A stretch of DNA of 64,000 bases, taken from NCBI RefSeq assembly GCF_018977255.1, contig NW_024704743.1:15564001-15628000 (forward strand). Direction: 5' to 3'. Origin of the DNA: Callorhinchus milii. Taxonomy: Eukaryota. Positions within the stretch are counted from its first letter, which is position 1. Each line of letters begins with the position of its first letter. Below the pieces are notes generated by a model. The model had not been told where the DNA came from. It worked only from the letters and a program-made list of their open reading frames with translations, and ran no database searches. Below, piece by piece: positions 51,864 through 62,900 of this stretch. A program made the position numbers and the translations under genes.

Positions 51864-52190
51864 GATAATAATAATATTAACCCTTGCATTTGATATAGTG
51901 CCTTTTCACGACTTTAATAATAATAATAATCCTTGCATTTGATATAGTGCTTTTCTCGTCTTCTAGACGTCTCAAAGCACTTCACAGAATATACTGTAAA
52001 GTGAATTGACTGTATATTTGTGAGCGAAACATGGCAGCCAATTTCGCACAGCAGTGACCCACAAACGGTCATGGATTGAGTGACCAAATTGTTATTGCTT
52101 TTTTTTTCTTGAGGATTATTATCAAGCGTGTAGAGTAAGGAAACTTGCCCAAGGTTTCACCCGGCCGGGAATCGAACCCAGGTATCTCGC
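51864..52190 (-). mobile_element. SINE (short subfamily, old-type 3' loop) plus an adjacent extra SINE tail
   Basis: ccttgcatttgatatagtg occurs twice, at about 51882 and 51931. The central segment is absent (gattattatcaagcgtgtagagtaagg). Confidence 0.85.
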
Positions 52191-52394
52191 TATTTGAATT
52201 GTGGTTGATTTTATGAAAAGAAACTTCAAAGTGTGGTGGGGGGGTGGGGCGAGGTTCCTTTGATGCTCTCTGATTGTGAGATAAATGAAGGACATTCAGT
52301 AGAAATGAATTTCTCATGTTTGCCGTGGAGCAGTTTGTGCTTACACACACAGGCGATCTGCTGAAGGTGAAGCTGAAGTGTCTGATGTTAATGG

Positions 52395-52522
52395 TCCCTG
52401 CCTTCTTCAAGGCCTGGCTCAAGACCCTCCTCTTTGACATTGCCTTCGGTCACCCTCCTACCCCTACCCTCCACCCCAACCCTGAAAGGCGCTATACAAA
52501 TGTAATTTGTCGTCGTTGTTGC
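52395..52522 (+). mobile_element. L2 3' end
   Basis: ttcaaggcctggctcaagaccctcctctttgac…gaaaggcgctatacaaatgtaatttgtcgtcgttgttg. Confidence 0.85.
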
Positions 52523-53276
52523 TGAAACCAGTGCTTTGCTGCTGGGATAAAGTAACATCCTGCCCGCTGCTTGGCGGCAATATTTAAATACCACAAGGTT
52601 TTGATCAGCAGCCCACAGTTGCATTAATTAGCTCCTTAGACTCATTAGTTTTCCAGCCACTTTTTGGACTGTACAGAGTGATCTAGAAATAAAAGGTGCC
52701 GAAGAGAGTGATAAATAGATACTTGTAGATGAAGATATTGGGGTGTAAATTAATCATTTGATGTGATTCTCACTGATAATAATTATAAGACTGTGGGACA
52801 ATCTGGGTCCTGGCGATAATCCAGTTGATAACTGGCTGTGGGTGAATGTGATCTGAGTTGTTCCAAGCAGTTGCTCAGAAATGTACTTGCAGCAGCCATC
52901 TGAACCTGCTGCCATTGCAATTCCCCGGCATTTCATTGATGGTGCGGGGAATACCAGCTTTTAAAGCCAAGTCAAAACTGAGTATTTCCTGAACTGAAGC
53001 AAACGGGTCCAAAGACACTAACGGCTCAATGGATGCCAATAGCACTCATTTAAACAACGTGGACAGGGACAGAGATGTTCAGTCCACTTTGACCTGAGAA
53101 TTGTGTTCTCAGGTTTTAAATAATCATACCCCATCTGATCAGACTTATGTACAGATAAGTTCTAATCAAAACCATTTCCTCTGCCTAATAATAAATATAT
53201 TGCTTTTGAAATTCTTTTCCACTATGATTGTAGTAAATATCATGCAACAGGATGAAAGTGGTCTGTTTAACTTGGA

Positions 53277-53600
53277 ACAACAACACATTACATTCTATAG
53301 CGCCTTTCACGTTGGAAGAATGTCTCAAAGCACTGGAAAGTCAGGAATTTGGACCCGAGTAGGGGGTTGGGATCAAGATGGGTAGAGGGCAGGGAGGATA
53401 GGGGTAGGAGGGTGACTGAAGGCATGGTTGAAGAGGAGGGTCTTGAGACAGGGCTTGAAGGAGTAAAAGGAGGCAACGAGGTGAAGGGACTATGAGATGG
53501 ACTTCTAAAAGATGGGGGCAGAGATGTGAAGGCCCAACTGCCGATGGTGGGGGGATGGGCGTGGGATGTGGATCAGGCTGGAGCCTGTTGAGCGGAGCGA
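53277..53600 (-). mobile_element. L2 3' fragment
   Basis: aacaacaacacattacattctatagcgcctttcacgttgg…gaggagggtcttgag. Confidence 0.85.
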
Positions 53601-53880
53601 GGCCAGTCATGTGGCCATTTACTGGGCAAAGTACCTGGAAAATCACTGTGTGATAGAAATGGGAACGTCCTCCTGACGTAAAAAGTGCTATACAAATGTA
53701 AATGTAATTTGTTCAGCCTTATTCGGGGAGGGGTGGGGGGAGACAATTGTTATATTCAAGGAGAATTCCCAATCTGGAGATAATCTGTTGAATCTGGAGC
53801 AGACAGCGAGTCGACAGTGCAGCTTAATTTAAGAATGATTCTTGCATTTGATATAGCGCCTTATCACATCGCTTCACAGA

Positions 53881-54967
53881 ACATAGGAACAGGAGGAGGC
53901 CATTCAGCCCTTCGAGCCTGTTCCACCATTTCATTATATCATGGGCTAATCTGTACCTCAACTAATCCTTTCAATTGCAATTTCCCATTTTCTCCCCATA
54001 TCCCTAATACCCTGCACCTAACAAAAATCTATCAGCCTCACTCTTGAAGGTGTGGATGCATCCAGGATCCATGGCCTTTTGGGGGAGAGAATTCCAGATT
54101 TCTACCACCCTTTGAATGAAAAATGCTTCCTGATTTCACTCTTAAATGGCCTGGTTCTAATTTTAAGACTATGCCCCCTTGTTTTGGATTCCCTCACCAG
54201 AGGAAATAGCTTCTCTGTATCTACCCTATTCAATCCCTTTATCATCTTAAATACCTCAATTAAATCACCCCTCAACCTTCTAAACTCAAGGGGATACAAT
54301 CCAAGTTTATGCAGCTTTTCCTCATAACTTAACCCATTTAGGCCTGGTAACATTCTGGTCAACCTGCGCTGCAGCCCCTCCAGGGCCACTATATCTATCC
54401 TGAGGTGTGGTATCCAATACTGAATGTAGTAGATGGGGTCTGACTAACGCTCTATCAGTTGAAGTATCATTTCTTCCCCTTTATATTCCATGCCCCTTGA
54501 GATAAAGGGCAACATTGCATTCGCCTTTTTGATTACTTTTTGTACCTGGGAATTAGTTTTTAGTGATTCGTGGATATGGACACCCAAATCTCTTTGCTCC
54601 TCCACAGTTCTTAATTTCTCCCTATTACGAAAATATTCTGCTTTATCTTTTTTCAGTCCATAGTGGATGACCTCGCACTTCCCTACATTGAACTCCACCT
54701 GCCACATCTTTGCCCACTCGCTTAATCTGTCTAAATCCCTTTGTAGCTTCCTATTCCCATCTACTCAGCTTACTGAGTTTCCGAGCTTAGTGTCATCTGC
54801 AAATTTGGATATAAAACTTTCTATTCCTTCATCAAAGTCATTCACATGTGGCGAATAGCCGAGGTCCCAGTGCAGACCCCTGGGGGACACCATTGGTTAC
54901 GTCCCGACAATAAGAGAACATTCCTTTTATCCCTACTTTCTGTTTCCTGCCTCCCAACCAATTACCA
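53881..54967 (-). mobile_element. 5'-truncated CR1 LINE inserted into a tRNA-Ala SINE
   Basis: ORF remnants NWLGGRKQKVGI…GVPQGSALGP, KFADDTK, WQVEFNVGKCEVIH, LEFRRLRGDLIEVFK…TRGHSLK. SINE halves at about 53835-53880 and 54968-55225. Confidence 0.95.
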
Positions 54968-56146
54968 ATATAGTGTAAAGTGAATTGACTGTGTATTTTG
55001 TGGGTGAAACGTGGCAGCCAATTGCGCAACAGTAGTTGTCCCGTAAACAGTTCAAATTATCATTATTTATTTATTTTTGGAGGGAGGGATTATTACACCC
55101 AGAAAGCGATCCGCCAACCGTATTCCTACATACTGCTAGGTAAACAGAGGTGTGCGGAGTAATGAAACTTGCCTAAGGCTTCGCTCTGCCCGGGAATTGA
55201 ACCCAGGACCTTACGAGAGAGTGCTGTAAACTTAAATGTACAGAATTGGTTGCAGAATTCTCTGAAAACTGAACAGGAGGTTCAGATTCTTTTCTCTTGT
55301 GGTTCTGGCTGCTGTGCCTTTAGTTCTTTGACTCTTCCACATGACATCAGGCGGTAGGTATTCACTTGTGTTGTATAATTTAATTTACTAAAGCGAGGGA
55401 GAAAAGTGCAATAAAAACTTGAGAAGATCAGTTACTGGGAATGCAATGGGAGGCTAGCCTTTTTCACCAGTCTGCTTAATCCATTCCAAATGCAGGAAAC
55501 CACATGGAGGGTTGACACACACACCCTTCAATCCCAAGCTGCTCAGTTGTTGCAGTTTGAGCACTAATCTTTCTAACTTTTGTCAATTTCACAACTACAC
55601 TGATCAGAATACAGTGCAATGACCGTATTCCAACGAAACAACTTGGGGTGAATTCCAGGTGTAATGTTGAATGACTTTTGAGATGAAATCTATATTTAGG
55701 CCTAGATACAAAAAGACTGAAGATTTCAAAATGTAGAAATGGGGGAGGGTTGGGGTTGGCAGAGAGGGTCTAATATGCAGCAATTTCTAATGGGATTCCT
55801 TTTCGAAGACGTGATAAGGTGCTATATTAAATGCAATGATTATTATTATTATTATTATTAATACATTGATGAGTTGGGAAAGACCTGTACAGTTAAATAA
55901 GAATGAAGTACCTTTAGGCCTTACATTGCTGTAAAGCCTAAAGGTAAACAGAGGTGTATGGAGTAATCAAACTTGCCGAAGTTTTCGCTCTGACTGGAAA
56001 CCTTTGGGAGAAGTGTGCAATCGGGGCAGTGTCAACAAATGTGATGACAAACCATTCATCTAGGTTGAGTGCTCATCTTAGAATTCCTTTGTTTGCATTA
56101 TTGCTGTTATTTTTATATCGGAGCATCTTTTCCACACCTGTCATTT

Positions 56147-56895
56147 ATAATAATAATCCTTGCATTTGACATTATCATGTCATCAAGATGTCTCAAAGAA
56201 CAACACAGGATCTACTATAAAATAGTACAAATATGTTATTTTTGGGGGGCGAATGTGGCAGCCAATATGCATTTAGCAGTGTCCCACAAAGAGTCATGGA
56301 GTGAGTGACTAATTTTATTTGGAGAATTGTTAGTCAGGAAACTGCAAGAAACTCACTTCTCATTTAAAATAGTGCCTTGGATTTTTACTGTCAACCTAGA
56401 TGGGCAAATGGAACCTCGGTTTAACGTCTCATCTGAAAGACAATGCAACATCCCCCCAGCACTGCACCAGAGTGTCGGCATAATTAGACTATTTGGGTTC
56501 CAAGTCCCGATTTGGGCTTGAACCCACAACCACCTGATAAGAGGTGAGAGTGCGACCAACTAAGCCAGGGTGGCATTTCATATCCAGAGAACCTCTCAAA
56601 AGCACTGAACGGGATTTCCTGTGAAGTTTAGTGAATGGCTATTTATAGGTGAACACAGGATCCAGTTTGTCCACTGCAATGTCCCATCGGCAGCAATAAA
56701 CTAAATGACCAATTTTATCTGGGGAATTGTTGGCCTGGACCTCGAGAGAAACTTTTTTTCTCTTTTGAGTAATGCCATGGGATCTTTAACTTCCACCTGA
56801 ACATGCGAGTTATGAGTTATGCGAGTTCAAAGTCTCAACATGGGGGCTTGAACCCAGAACCTTCTGACTCAGAGGCAATAGCTGAGTCAGACTGA
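56147..56895 (-). mobile_element. Two tandem long Deu-type SINE copies
   Basis: Repeated blocks gtgccttggatttttactgtcaacct / atgccatgggatctttaacttccacct, and heads cttgaacccacaaccacctga / cttgaacccagaaccttctgactcagaggcaa. Confidence 0.8.
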
Positions 56896-56906
56896 CACAT
56901 TTATAA

Positions 56907-57043
56907 AATAAACAAAAGGCGAAATACTACAGATGTTGGAAATCTGAAATAAAAACAGAAGTCGCTGGGAACACGTAGCAGGTCTGGCAGCATCTATAGA
57001 GATAGCCTGATCTGTTGCGTGTTCCTAGCGACTTCTGTTTTTA
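56907..57043 (-). mobile_element. 137-bp Penelope-like terminal fragment with inverted duplication and 14-bp TSD
   Basis: TSD tgacacatttataa at 56893-56906 and 57044-57057. Inverted arms at 56949-56988 and 57005-57044. Family assignment rests on recalled similarity to shark pLTR-type repeats (agatgctggaaatctgaaataaaaacaga…). Confidence 0.65.
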
Positions 57044-58419
57044 TGACACATTTATAACTTGGGTAACTGCGGTGCAATTTTCTTTTTACGTGTATGTACA
57101 ACATTGGAAATTATACTTTAAGTCATGTTGTTTCATCCAGTGGTGGAATTTCCAAACTTGGTGCTTCCTTCACATGTTGGAGCCGTAACCTCTTCACCAA
57201 AAATGCCCTGGCAATGCTCCATTGCTATGCCCACTGGGACAAGCAGCAGGAATCATATTCCGCAGCAGCATTCATGGCCTATTGCATTTATAGCAGTCAG
57301 TTGCCAGGGAGGCTGCTACAGGATTGTTAAGTGTTGGCTATTGCAGGTGCATCTTAATTCATTGATGCTCTTTTCGCTTCTGCTGTAGTGAAGTCATATT
57401 TCTCATAAGCCATGTCTGGAACTGCGTGGGCGCTCCTGTGAGTTTGTAAGCATTCTGTGAAAATATTCGTGAAGAATGCCTTTCTCCCTCTGTATCGAAC
57501 AGAGGAGTGTTATGTTCTTGGGAGTGTAATGTTAGAGACAAATGAAGAGAGGGGAGAGGCACGATCCACCACATCATGACCCTCCTAGTTTGTTTTAGTG
57601 AGTTTCAGTCCCCCCTGGAGATTAGCTTTGATCTTTGTCGGATTCAGATATTTCTAGTCCCCTGTAACTGATAACTGAGTGGAATTGGCTTCTCACATCA
57701 GATTACAGTCTGTCATGGTGATTGGTGCCAACAGCAAACGCTGATGATCACGGTCTGCAAAAAATCTGCTGCTTGCATTCTCATAGCATCAAAGGAATGT
57801 GCTCCCCCCACTACTCTCACAGCTGCTCCCAGTGGCTTTTTCTTACACAGTAAATTAATTGGAAAAACAAGGGACAAAAGGCATTAGGTGGGGTCAGCTT
57901 GCTGTGCTGCAGCGAGCACATGACAGGCTTAATCACTGTCATTTCTGGGAGGAACCAGGTTATCAAGAAAAAAAGCACTCCAATAGAGAGGGAGAGACAG
58001 AGTTGTGCTAACATCGCAGCACACTCACTGATCACTGGCTTTAAACACAGGTTTTCAGCATGAGGGTCTGATGACAGAAGGGTGTCAGAAATGCGTGCTT
58101 ATCAGGAATCTTAGCAGAACATAGGTTCCAGCCTTCGCTTCTAAAGATTACTTTTGTTTAAAAAAATTGTGTAAAGGGTGCTGATTCTGAGCTTACATTT
58201 TAGTTTATTGCCAAAGGCTCCTTAATACTGAAAGAAGTTGGCATTATTTTAAGGGGAAAGATCTCGAATTTAGATATGCTTGCCCGTGTTTACAGGTACA
58301 CACAATTGTCCCCGGTGCACCTGCCTTTGTAACTTATTGTTTGTTTAGTTTGTAGATCCCAGTCGATTTTTCATGCCAATAAATCTTCCCAATCTTTGTT
58401 TTTCTTCTAACATTACATT

Positions 58420-58563
58420 CGTACTGTGAACATGCCTGCCGCCACCTCCCTTTCCCCATCTCTCCCACCCCTCCATCCCCTCCCCTTTGCTCGGTACCAA
58501 CCCCCTCCCTCTAAAGATGTTGCTCTACGTGAAAGTGCTATATAAATGCAAGTTGTTGTTGTA
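58420..58563 (+). mobile_element. L2 3' end ending about 32 nt upstream of the exon 5 acceptor
   Basis: ctacgtgaaagtgctatataaatgcaagttgttgttg. Confidence 0.8.
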
Positions 58564-58594
58564 GTAACCAACACTCATTTCTATTCCCTTTTAG

Positions 58595-58797
58595 GCCTCC
58601 CATTTCAGGTAGTCCGGCGTTTTCTGACATCTCGCTCATCAGAATTTCCCCACACCGAACGCCTACTGGTGCTTCAGAGCCAGTATTTAACCCTCCTCAC
58701 CCATATGTTAACCCCTATATGGACTACATACGGTCTCTGCACAGCAGCCCTTCTCTGTCTATGATCTCTGCAGCCAGGGGACTCAGCCCTGCTGATG
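58595..58797 (+). CDS. GLI3: GLI3 coding exon (equivalent to human exon 5), 203 nt, phase 2 to 1
   Basis: Acceptor tttctattcccttttag| and donor |gtgggt. Translates (V)[86 protein letters not shown] is the GLI3-type sequence. Confidence 0.95.
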
Positions 58798-59125
58798 GTG
58801 GGTGTTGTCTGAATATTTGTTTCCTTGAAATGAGTTACAATGTGTAACATTTTTAAAGAATATATATTTTTTAATGAGTTCCAAGAAGTAATAATGAATC
58901 CACAAAGATTTTTGAGCTTTATCATAATCACTGGCAGTATTAAAACATTTTATGTTATATTCATTTCATACAGCGTTTAAGCAACTTAACTTGTACTTTA
59001 AAGCTATATTGACCCAATAATCTGGTTGCTTTTTGTTTTATAAAGAAAAGGTTGTTGTGAATTTTAAAGTCTTGACTGATAAAATTTGTCTGACTGTTCC
59101 GATTTTCTCCTTCGGTAAATCGCTA

Positions 59126-59300
59126 GGGTCTAATATGCGACAATTTCTAACGGATTCCTTAATGAGGAAACTGAAATAACATCGTGTTCACTTGCAGGAA
59201 CTCTGCGCCAATGCAGACTTCCCGTGGGTCACTACTAAAGTACTTTTGGTCAAGATTCCTCATTAAGGAATCCCATGAGAAATCATTGCATTTTAGACCC
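59126..59300. mobile_element. MITE-like element, 175 bp, with ~50-bp imperfect terminal inverted repeats
   Basis: Left end gggtctaatatgcgacaatttctaacggattccttaatgaggaa; reverse complement of right end gggtctaaaatgcaatgatttctcatgggattccttaatgaggaa. A solo end also occurs at about 55766-55800. Confidence 0.8.
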
Positions 59301-60584
59301 CATTATTGTTCTTTAACCCAGACATTACACTGCAGAAATCAGGAGAACAGAATAATTGCTTGAAGGATTGAAGTCTCTTTTATTGAATTCATGGGATGGG
59401 ACGGCAGAGGGTGCATACTCAACGAAGCTCTCAAATACAAACACAAATACTGGATCCACTTCAGATCAATCAGCGGTCTTAAGTGAAAAATAGGTTAAAC
59501 TTCAGGTCAGATGAAGTGATCCTAAGTTATATGTTAACCTATTTGTCTGTTACAGCTGCTCACTGTGAAGTGATGTAGATTGCCTGCCTTTTTAGTACTT
59601 AGAATGACAGTTTCCTCTTTATATCTTTAGCAAAAAAGATATAGTTCATGAAAGAGATGGACGCACAGGTTCAGCAGAAGCTGCATAGCATTAAACAGTC
59701 CCTCATCATGCATTTGCAGAACGTTAACTTAATAACAGTTTTAAAGTGACTCAATAAAACACTTCCAGTTTTGCTCTTGGCCTTTTCTGAATCCCTCGAC
59801 TGGGCCACAGACTTGAGATCAGTAATGAGCAAACCTCAGCATCCTGCTTTCTCGTCCAGAAGTCCAAAAACAAAATATGTTGAAGCAAAGAATTGAATGG
59901 TTTCAGTGAAAATCTTCTGGAATTCATTTCACTGAAATGAAAAAGAATCTCTGAAACTATCTGAGACATTGATGGGAATTACTGTCAGCGTTAACCAGAG
60001 GTGACGCATGTGTTTTTAAATGTCACCTGTGATTTGCTAGGAGTGACGCTGTACTTTCTCATTTAGTTTTGCCACAGACCTGTCCTTCATATTGCAAATC
60101 CCCATCAGTTGCAGAGACCTGTGCTGCTCTCAAATCACTCACTGGCTAAATGCACTGTGCAGTATGTAACTGAAAGATACAGTGCAGGAAGGTCAAAGCT
60201 TTAATCCCTGCTCTCTGCTGGATTTCCCAGAGTGCTGCTTTTGTGGGCTAGCGGAATATTCAGTTGGTTTGCAACCCAATAAACCCTGCTGAGAATGTAT
60301 AGGTGAATGAGGGCAGAATTGGGCTTGAATCTGACACTTGAACAGCCTCCCAACACAATCCATACGCACTTGAAGGATGACCACTTAGACCAGAGCTTGT
60401 GTGGAACTAAACCTCAGGATTAGGATCAGTCACCATCTTCAGGAGAGATGGGTGGGGAGAGGGAAAATTCTGCATTAAGTTGATATGAATATTTTATGAC
60501 TATTTCAATTTAATATTAATATAATAATACATTTATTAATATTAATATAATAATATAATTACAATAGGGAAATAATCATTCCCC

Positions 60585-60715
60585 AAAAAATTTGGCTGCC
60601 TTTTTTTGCCACAAAATACAGTCAATCCACTTTACAGAATATTCTGTGAAGCGCTTTGAGCTGTCCCAACGATGTGATTAGGTGTTATGTCAAATGTATG
60701 TATTATTATGATTAT
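60585..60715 (+). mobile_element. SINE 3' part in intron 5
   Basis: tttggctgcc…cacaaaatacagtcaatccactttacagaatattctgtgaagcgctttgag…tcaaatgtatgtattatt. Confidence 0.85.
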
Positions 60716-60795
60716 TATGAATATGCAGATGCTTTTGTCTATTTCAAAGCCGTCTAGTTATGTTTTTTTTGTTTGTGTAACCCTCAACTCCGCAG

Positions 60796-60831
60796 AACTA
60801 TCTAAAGGATGGAATGTGTTTGGATTTTCAG
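60796..60831 (+). CDS. GLI3: Putative alternative in-frame 5' extension of exon 6 ([12 protein letters not shown])
   Basis: Upstream acceptor tgttttttttgtttgtgtaaccctcaactccgcag| lies 36 nt before the second acceptor, with an open frame and no stop. Confidence 0.55.
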
Positions 60832-60978
60832 CACCCCATGCTGCAGTCAGCCCAGCAGAATACTACCACCAAATGGCTCTGTTAGCAGGCCATCGCAGCC
60901 CATATGGTGACATCCTTCCTCCAGCCAATGCCACCAGTGCCGGTGCTCTTCACATGGAATATCTCCATGCCATGGAGG
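60832..60978 (+). CDS. GLI3: GLI3 coding exon (equivalent to human exon 6), 147 nt, phase 1 to 1; possible 5' extension to 60796
   Basis: Acceptor ggattttcag| and donor |gtgagt. Translates [49 protein letters not shown], compared with recalled human [49 protein letters not shown]. Lies within ORF-track entry 60687..61019. Confidence 0.93.
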
Positions 60979-61459
60979 GTGAGTGGTCGAGCAGAGAGAT
61001 GTCAACTGTGTGGCGTTAAATGAAATGTTTTGTTGAAACAAACCATCTATGGGAAATTAACAATTATTGCAAAGTTACATTGTCATACCAATCAAATTAT
61101 ACTTTGAGGAAAGAAACCCCTCAAAAAACAAGCTCTGGTTTGGTCGTTAAATTTAACTCTGTTTATTTATGGGGAAAGATCAAAGATAGTTTCAGAAACA
61201 TAACATTGTTTTTATTTTAGCTAGTCTTATTTTGAGTTTTAACTTATTAGATCTGGGAATGGGCTTCACATTAGATAAACCTTTGGCCATTTTAGGAGGG
61301 TCAGAATTATGAGTTTCTCCAACAACATATCACGTGGTCTGTTGGAATATGTTTGCATGGACCTATGGCAGGTCTAGAAATCTGTCATGTCTCTGAAAGT
61401 GAGCTTATAATGGAACAAAAACATCCAACCCTAGAGGAAGGGAGTGAAAATACAGTTGG

Positions 61460-61700
61460 CTGGATTCGATTGGTTGCATTCTTGTCTTGGTGTCAGAAGG
61501 TTGTGGGTGCAAGCCCCACATCAAACCCGAACTCACAGTCTAGGCTGACACTCCAATGCAGAGCTGGGGTGTTCTGCATCACTGGAAGTGCCATCTTTCT
61601 ATTCAGGTGGATATTAAAGATCCCATGGCACTATTCAAAAAGATGGTGGAGTTTCTCCTGGTGTCTGGTGAGCAATCCTCCAAATCAGGGCTGTCTTTGT
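61460..61700 (+). mobile_element. Long Deu-type SINE 5' part, interrupted by CR1; Deu part probably resumes at about 63030-63110
   Basis: gtcagaaggttgtgggtgcaagcccca…ctaggctgacactccaatgcag…caggtggatattaaagatcccatggcactatt. Confidence 0.75.
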
Positions 61701-62900
61701 CATAGAATTATACAGCACAGAAGGAGGCCATTTGGCGCATCGTGTCTGTGCTGGCTCTTTGAAAATAGCTATCCAATTCAATCTGATTCCCCCATTCTCT
61801 CCTCATAGTCCTGCAAACATGTCTTCCCCAAAAATTATCTACTTCTCTCTTAAAAGCTGTCATCGAATCAGTTTCCACCACCCTTTCAGGCAATGCATTC
61901 CAGATCTGAACAACTCGCTGTGTAAAAAAATTTCTCCTCACCTCACCTCTATTTCTTTTAACAACTATTGCCCTTGGATAACTGACCCACACTCCAATGG
62001 AAATAGTTTTTCCTTGTTCACCCTATTGAATCCCCTCATAATTTTCAAAACTTCTATTAAGTCTCCTCTTATCTTTCTCCGCTACAAGGAGACTAATCCT
62101 AGCTTCTCTATCCTCTCCACATAACTGAAGTCCCTCATTCCTGGTACCTTCCTGGTAAATCTCCAATGCCTTGACATCCTTCCTAAAGTGTGGTGCCCAG
62201 AACTGAACACAGTACTCGAGCTGAGGCCTAAGCAGTGTTTTATAAAGGTTCATCATAACTTTCTGACTTTTGTATTCTATGCCCCTATCTATAAAGTCCA
62301 GTATCCTGTATGCTTTTTTAACAGCTTTATCTACCTGTCCTGCCACCTTCAATGATTTACTTATATGAATACCCAGGTCTCTCTGTTCCTTCACCCCCTT
62401 TAAGAGTCTACCATCAGCTTATATTGCCTCTCCTCATTCTTCCTCCCAAAATGCATTACTTCGCATTTCTCCACATTAAACATCATCTGCCACACGTCTG
62501 CCCATTTTACCAGTCTGTCTATGTCCATTTGCAGTCTGCTACCATCCTCCTCACTGTTTATTACTTTTCCTAGCTTAGTATCATCTGCAAACTTGGAAAT
62601 TGTACTCCTTATGCCCAAGTCCAGGTCATTCATATAGATCAAAAAGAGCAATGGTCCCAATACTGACCCTTGGGGGACACCACTGCACACTTCCTTCCAG
62701 TCAGAAAAATAACTGTTCACCACCACTCTCTGCTTTCTATTTCCCAGTGAATTCTGTATCGATGCTGCCACTGTCCCTTTAATACCGTGGGCTTCTATTT
62801 TGCTTACAAGTCTACTATGTGGCACTTTATCAAACGCCTTTTGAAAATCCATATAAACTATATCAACTGCACTACCTTCATTCACCCTGTCCATTAGTTC
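61701..62900 (-). mobile_element. 5'-truncated CR1 LINE (about 1.2 kb) with RT domain
   Basis: VDIVYMDFQKAFDKVPH…GVPQGSVLGPLLFLIYMNDL…KFADDTKL…WQMMFNVEKC, LYKTLLRPQLEYCVQFWAP, RRNFFTQRVVQIWNALP. Frameshifted. Confidence 0.95.

Noticed and set aside
58546..58764. ORF overlapping exon 5, and an alternative AG at 58607-58608
   Set aside because: The ORF is out of frame with GLI3. The downstream AG would shift the frame by 14 nt.
60505..60560. AT-rich duplicated ttaatattaatataataata, and short tandem duplications at about 16097-16150 and 49870-49895
   Set aside because: Ordinary slippage duplications with no sign of function.
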